Below are positions 22,101 through 25,774 of a stretch of 25,774 nt of DNA, one piece after another. The notes under the pieces are model-generated. The model searched no databases, was not told the DNA's origin, and was given only the letters and a program-made list of their open reading frames with translations. The position numbers and the translations under genes were made by a program. The stretch spans positions 1-25,774 of the forward strand of contig NW_021833211.1 of assembly GCF_006345805.1 (NCBI RefSeq), written 5' to 3'. Each line of letters opens with the position of its first letter. The stretch's first letter is position 1. This DNA is from Octopus sinensis (Eukaryota).

Positions 22101-25100
22101 TTTCTTTTCTCTAATTTTCAATAAACTTACTCCAGTACTTTCTACTTGATCACACATTTCTCCTTTTTCTCGTTTTCTCATTTCCATAAACGTACTCCAA
22201 GTAATTTATCCTTGATCAATTTCTCCTTTTTCTTTCTCTTCTCTCATTTACGTAAACTTACTTCAGAACTTTCTCCTTGATCACATTTCTCTTTTTCTTC
22301 TGTTCTCCTCATTTCCATAAATTTATTCCAGTACATTCTCCTTGATCACATTCTCCTTTTTCTTTCTCTTCTCCTCATTTTCCAAAACTTACTCCAGATT
22401 CTCCTTGATCACATTTCTCCTCTTTCTTTTCTTCTTCTCATTTTCCATAACTTACTCCAGACTTTCTACTTGATCACATTTCTCCTTTTTTTTTCTCTTC
22501 TCATTTTCCATAAAATTACTCAGTACTTTCTCCTTGATCACATTCTCTTTTTTCTTTCTCTTCTCCTCATCTTCCATAAACTTACTCAAGTACTTTTCCT
22601 TATCACATTTCTCCTTTTTCTTCTCATCTCCTCATTTTCCATAAACTTACTCCAGCACTTTCCCCTTGACAAATTTCTCTTTTTCTTTCACTTCTTTCAT
22701 TTTTAAGAAACTTACTCCAATACTTTCTGCTTGATCACATTTCTCTTTTCTTTCTCTTCTTCTCATTTTACATAAACTTACTCCAGTACTTTCTCCTTGA
22801 TCACATTTCTCCTTTTTCTTTCTCTTTCCTCATTTTCCATAAACTTACTCCAGTACTTTCTCCTTGATCTCATTCTCCTTTTTCTTTCTCTCTCCTTCAT
22901 TTTTCATAAACTTACTCTGTTCTTTTCCTTGATCACATTTTCTTTTTTCATTCTTTCTTCTCATTTCCAAACTACTCCACTCAGTACTTTCTCCTTGATC
23001 ACATTTTCCTTTTTCTTTCTCTTCTAATCATTTTCCGAACTTTTTCATTACTTTCTCCATGATCAATTTCCCTTTTTTCTTCTTCTTCTTATTTTTCATT
23101 AAACTTACTCAGTACTTTCTCCTTGATCACATTTCTCCATTTTCTTTCTCATCTCCTAATTCCATAAACCTACTCCAGTATGTTCTCCTTGATCACATTT
23201 CTCCTTTTCTTTCTCTTCTCCTCATTTTCCAAAAAACTAATCCAGAACTTTCTCCTTGACCACATTTCTCCTTTTTCTTTCTCTTCTCCTCAATTTTCAT
23301 AACTTACTCCAGTGCTTACTCCTTGATCACATTTCTCCTTTTTCTTTCTCTTCTGTTTCTTTTTCATAAAATAACAAAACAATCCAGTACTTTCTCCTAG
23401 ATCACATTTCTCCTTTTTCTTTCTCTTCTCCTCATTTACCATAAAAATACTCCAGTACTTCCCCTTGATCACATTTCTCCTTTTCTTTCTCTTCTCCTCA
23501 TTTTTCATAACTTACTCCAGCACTTTCTCCTTGATCACATTTCTTCTTTTCTTTCTCTTCTTTTCATTTTCCAAAACTTACTCAGTACTTCTCCTTGATC
23601 AAATTTCTCCTTTTTCTTTCTCTTCTCTCATTTTTCATAAAATTACTCCAGCTTTCTGCTTGATCACAATTCTCCTTTTTCTTACTCTTCTTCTCATTTT
23701 CCATATACTTACTCCAGTACTTTCTCCTTGATCACATTTCTCCTTTTTCTTTCTCTTCTCCTCATTTACCATAAACATACTCCAGTACTTTCCCCTTGAT
23801 CACATTTCTTCTTTTTCTTTCTCTTCTCCTCATTTTTCATAAACTTACTCCAGCACTTTCTCCTTGATCACATTTCTTCTTTTTCTTTCTCTTCTTTTCA
23901 TTTTCCATAAACTTACTCCAGTACTTTCTCCTTGATCAAATTTCTCCTTTTTCTTTCTCATCTCCTCATTTTTCATAAACTTACTCCAGTACTTTCTGCT
24001 TGATCACAATTCTCCTTTTTCTTACTCTTCTCCTCATTTTCCATAAACTTACTCCAGTACTTTCTCCTTGATCACATTACTCCTTTATCTTTCTTTTCTC
24101 CTAATTTTTCATAAACTTACTCCAGTACTTTCTCCTTGATCACATTTCTCCTTTTTCTTTCTTTTCTCCTCATTTTCCATAAACGTACTCCAGTAATTTA
24201 CCCTTGATCACATTTCTCCTTTTTCTTTCTCTTCTCCTCATTTTACGTAAACTTACTTCAGTACTTTCTCCTTGATCACATTTCTCTTTTTCTTTCTCTT
24301 CTCCTCATTTTTCATAAACTTACTCCAGTACTTTCTCCTTGATCACATTTCTCCTTTTTCTTTCTCTTTCTCTCTTCTCCTCATTTTCCATAAACTTTCC
24401 AGCACTTTCTCCTTGACCACATTTCTCCTTTTTCTTTCTCTTCTCCTCAGTTTTCATAAACTTACTCCAGTGCTTACTCCTTGATCACATTTCTCCTTTT
24501 TCTTTCTCTTCTGTTTCTTTTTCATGAAATTAATCCAGTACTTTCTCCTAGATCACATTTCTCCTTTTTCTTTCTCTTCTCCTCATTTACCATAAACATA
24601 CTCCAGTACTTTCCCCTTGATCACATTTCTTCTTTTTCTTTCTCTTCTCCTCATTTTTCATAAACTTACTCCAGTACTTTCTCCGTGATCACATTTCTTC
24701 TTTTTCTTTCTCTTCTTTTCATTTTCCATAAACTTACTCCAGTACTTTCTCCTTGATCAAATTTCTCCTTTTTCTTTCTCATCTCTCATTTTACGTAAAC
24801 TTACTTCAGTACTTTCTCCTTGATCACATTTCTCTTTTTCTTTCTCTTCTCCTCATTTTCCATGAACTTACTCCAGTACTTTCTCCTTGATCACATTTCT
24901 CCTTTTTCTTTCTCTTCTCCTCATTTTTCATAAACTTACTCCAGTATTTTCTCCTTGATCACAATTCTCATTTTTATTTCTCTTCACCTCATTTTCCATA
25001 AACTTAATCCAGTCCTTTCTCCTTGATCACATTTCTTCTTTTTCTTTCTCTTCTCCTCATTTTCCATAAACTTACTCCAGTATTTCTCCTTGATCACATT

Positions 25101-25774
25101 TCTTCTTTTTCTTTCTCTTATTCTCATTTTCCATAAACTTACTCCAGTACTTTCTCCTTGATCATATTTCTCCTTTTTCTTTCTCTCCTCATTTTCCATA
25201 AACTTACTCCAGTACTTTCTCCTTGATCTCATTTCTCCTTTTTCTTTCTCTTCTCCTCATTTTTCATAAACTTACTCCTGTTCTTTCTCCTTGATCACAT
25301 TTCTTCTTTTTCATTCTCTTCTTCTCATTTTCCATTAACTTACTCCAGTACTTTCTCCTTGATCACATTTCTCCTTTTTCTTTCTCTTCTAATCATTTTC
25401 CAGAAACTTTTTCAATTACTTTCTCCTTGATCACATTTCCCTTTTTTTCTTTCTCTTCTTATTTTTCATAAACTTACTCCAGTACTTTCTCCTTGATCAC
25501 ATTTCTCCATTTTCTTTCTCATCTCCTCATTTTCCATAAACCTACTCCAGTACGTTCTCCTTGATCACATTTCTCCTTTTTCTTTCTCTTCTCCTCTCAT
25601 TTTCCAAAACTAATCCAGCACGTTCTTTCTCCTTGACCACATTTCCCTTTTTCTTTCTCTTCTCCTCTCTTCTTTTTCATAAACTTACTCCAGTGCTTAC
25701 TCCTTGATCACATTTCTCCTTTTTCTTTCTCTTCTGTTTCTTTTTCATAAAATTAATCCAGTACTTTCTCCTAG
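13190..25774 (+). repeat. Tandem satellite/minisatellite array, 68-bp monomer, roughly 185-190 copies, open at the right edge
   Basis: Consensus TTGATCACATTTCTCCTTTTTCTTTCTCTTCTCCTCATTTTCCATAAACTTACTCCAGTACTTTCTCC. The period is confirmed by TTGATC at 13248 and 13316. Each unit has 55/68 pyrimidines, 2 G, one TGATCA and one AGTACT palindrome. Copy number is estimated as length divided by period. Confidence 0.98.

Noticed and set aside
13015-25232. Many Phe/Leu/Ser-rich (+) and Arg/Lys/Glu-rich (-) ORFs in the array
   Set aside because: The 68-bp period is not a multiple of 3 and each unit carries TGA and TAA, so the ORFs are chance read-throughs. The monomer does not encode an LRR despite being close to 72 bp.
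13190-25774. CRISPR-like array (conserved palindrome-containing segment alternating with a more variable segment, period 68 bp)
   Set aside because: The variable parts are near-identical pyrimidine tracts, not unique spacers. There are no cas genes and the context is eukaryotic.

Overview
Repeat-rich, AT-rich eukaryotic genomic DNA. The SINE, the (AAT)n-associated retroelements and the microsatellites resemble those of octopus/cephalopod genomes (inference, not verified). 1-7.6 kb is a nest of dead transposons. A solo LTR (230-1045; TG...CA, 4-bp TSD) sits inside a hAT/Charlie-type element. That element sits inside the endonuclease region of an L1/Tx1-like LINE, which also carries a mariner. 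These are followed by an R4/Dong-like LINE tail, an AAT-flanked element, a Penelope-like terminus and microsatellites. The only host gene visible is on the + strand: a signal peptide + LRRNT exon (ATG 7890, donor after 8080) and a 72-nt single-LRR exon (12005-12076). The intron between them holds SINEs and a Penelope RT remnant. From about 13190 to the window end runs a 12.6-kb tandem array of a 68-bp, 81% pyrimidine monomer (roughly 185-190 copies) with higher-order structure, apparently intronic. Most notable observations: a diverged single copy of the monomer in the preceding intron (11618-11688), the resemblance of every monomer to a sense-strand 3' splice site, and a candidate recursive splice site (CAG|GTGAGT, 12801/12802) just before the array. 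No CRISPR array or prokaryote-type system is present. Most ORF-track entries are spurious or are TE fragments.
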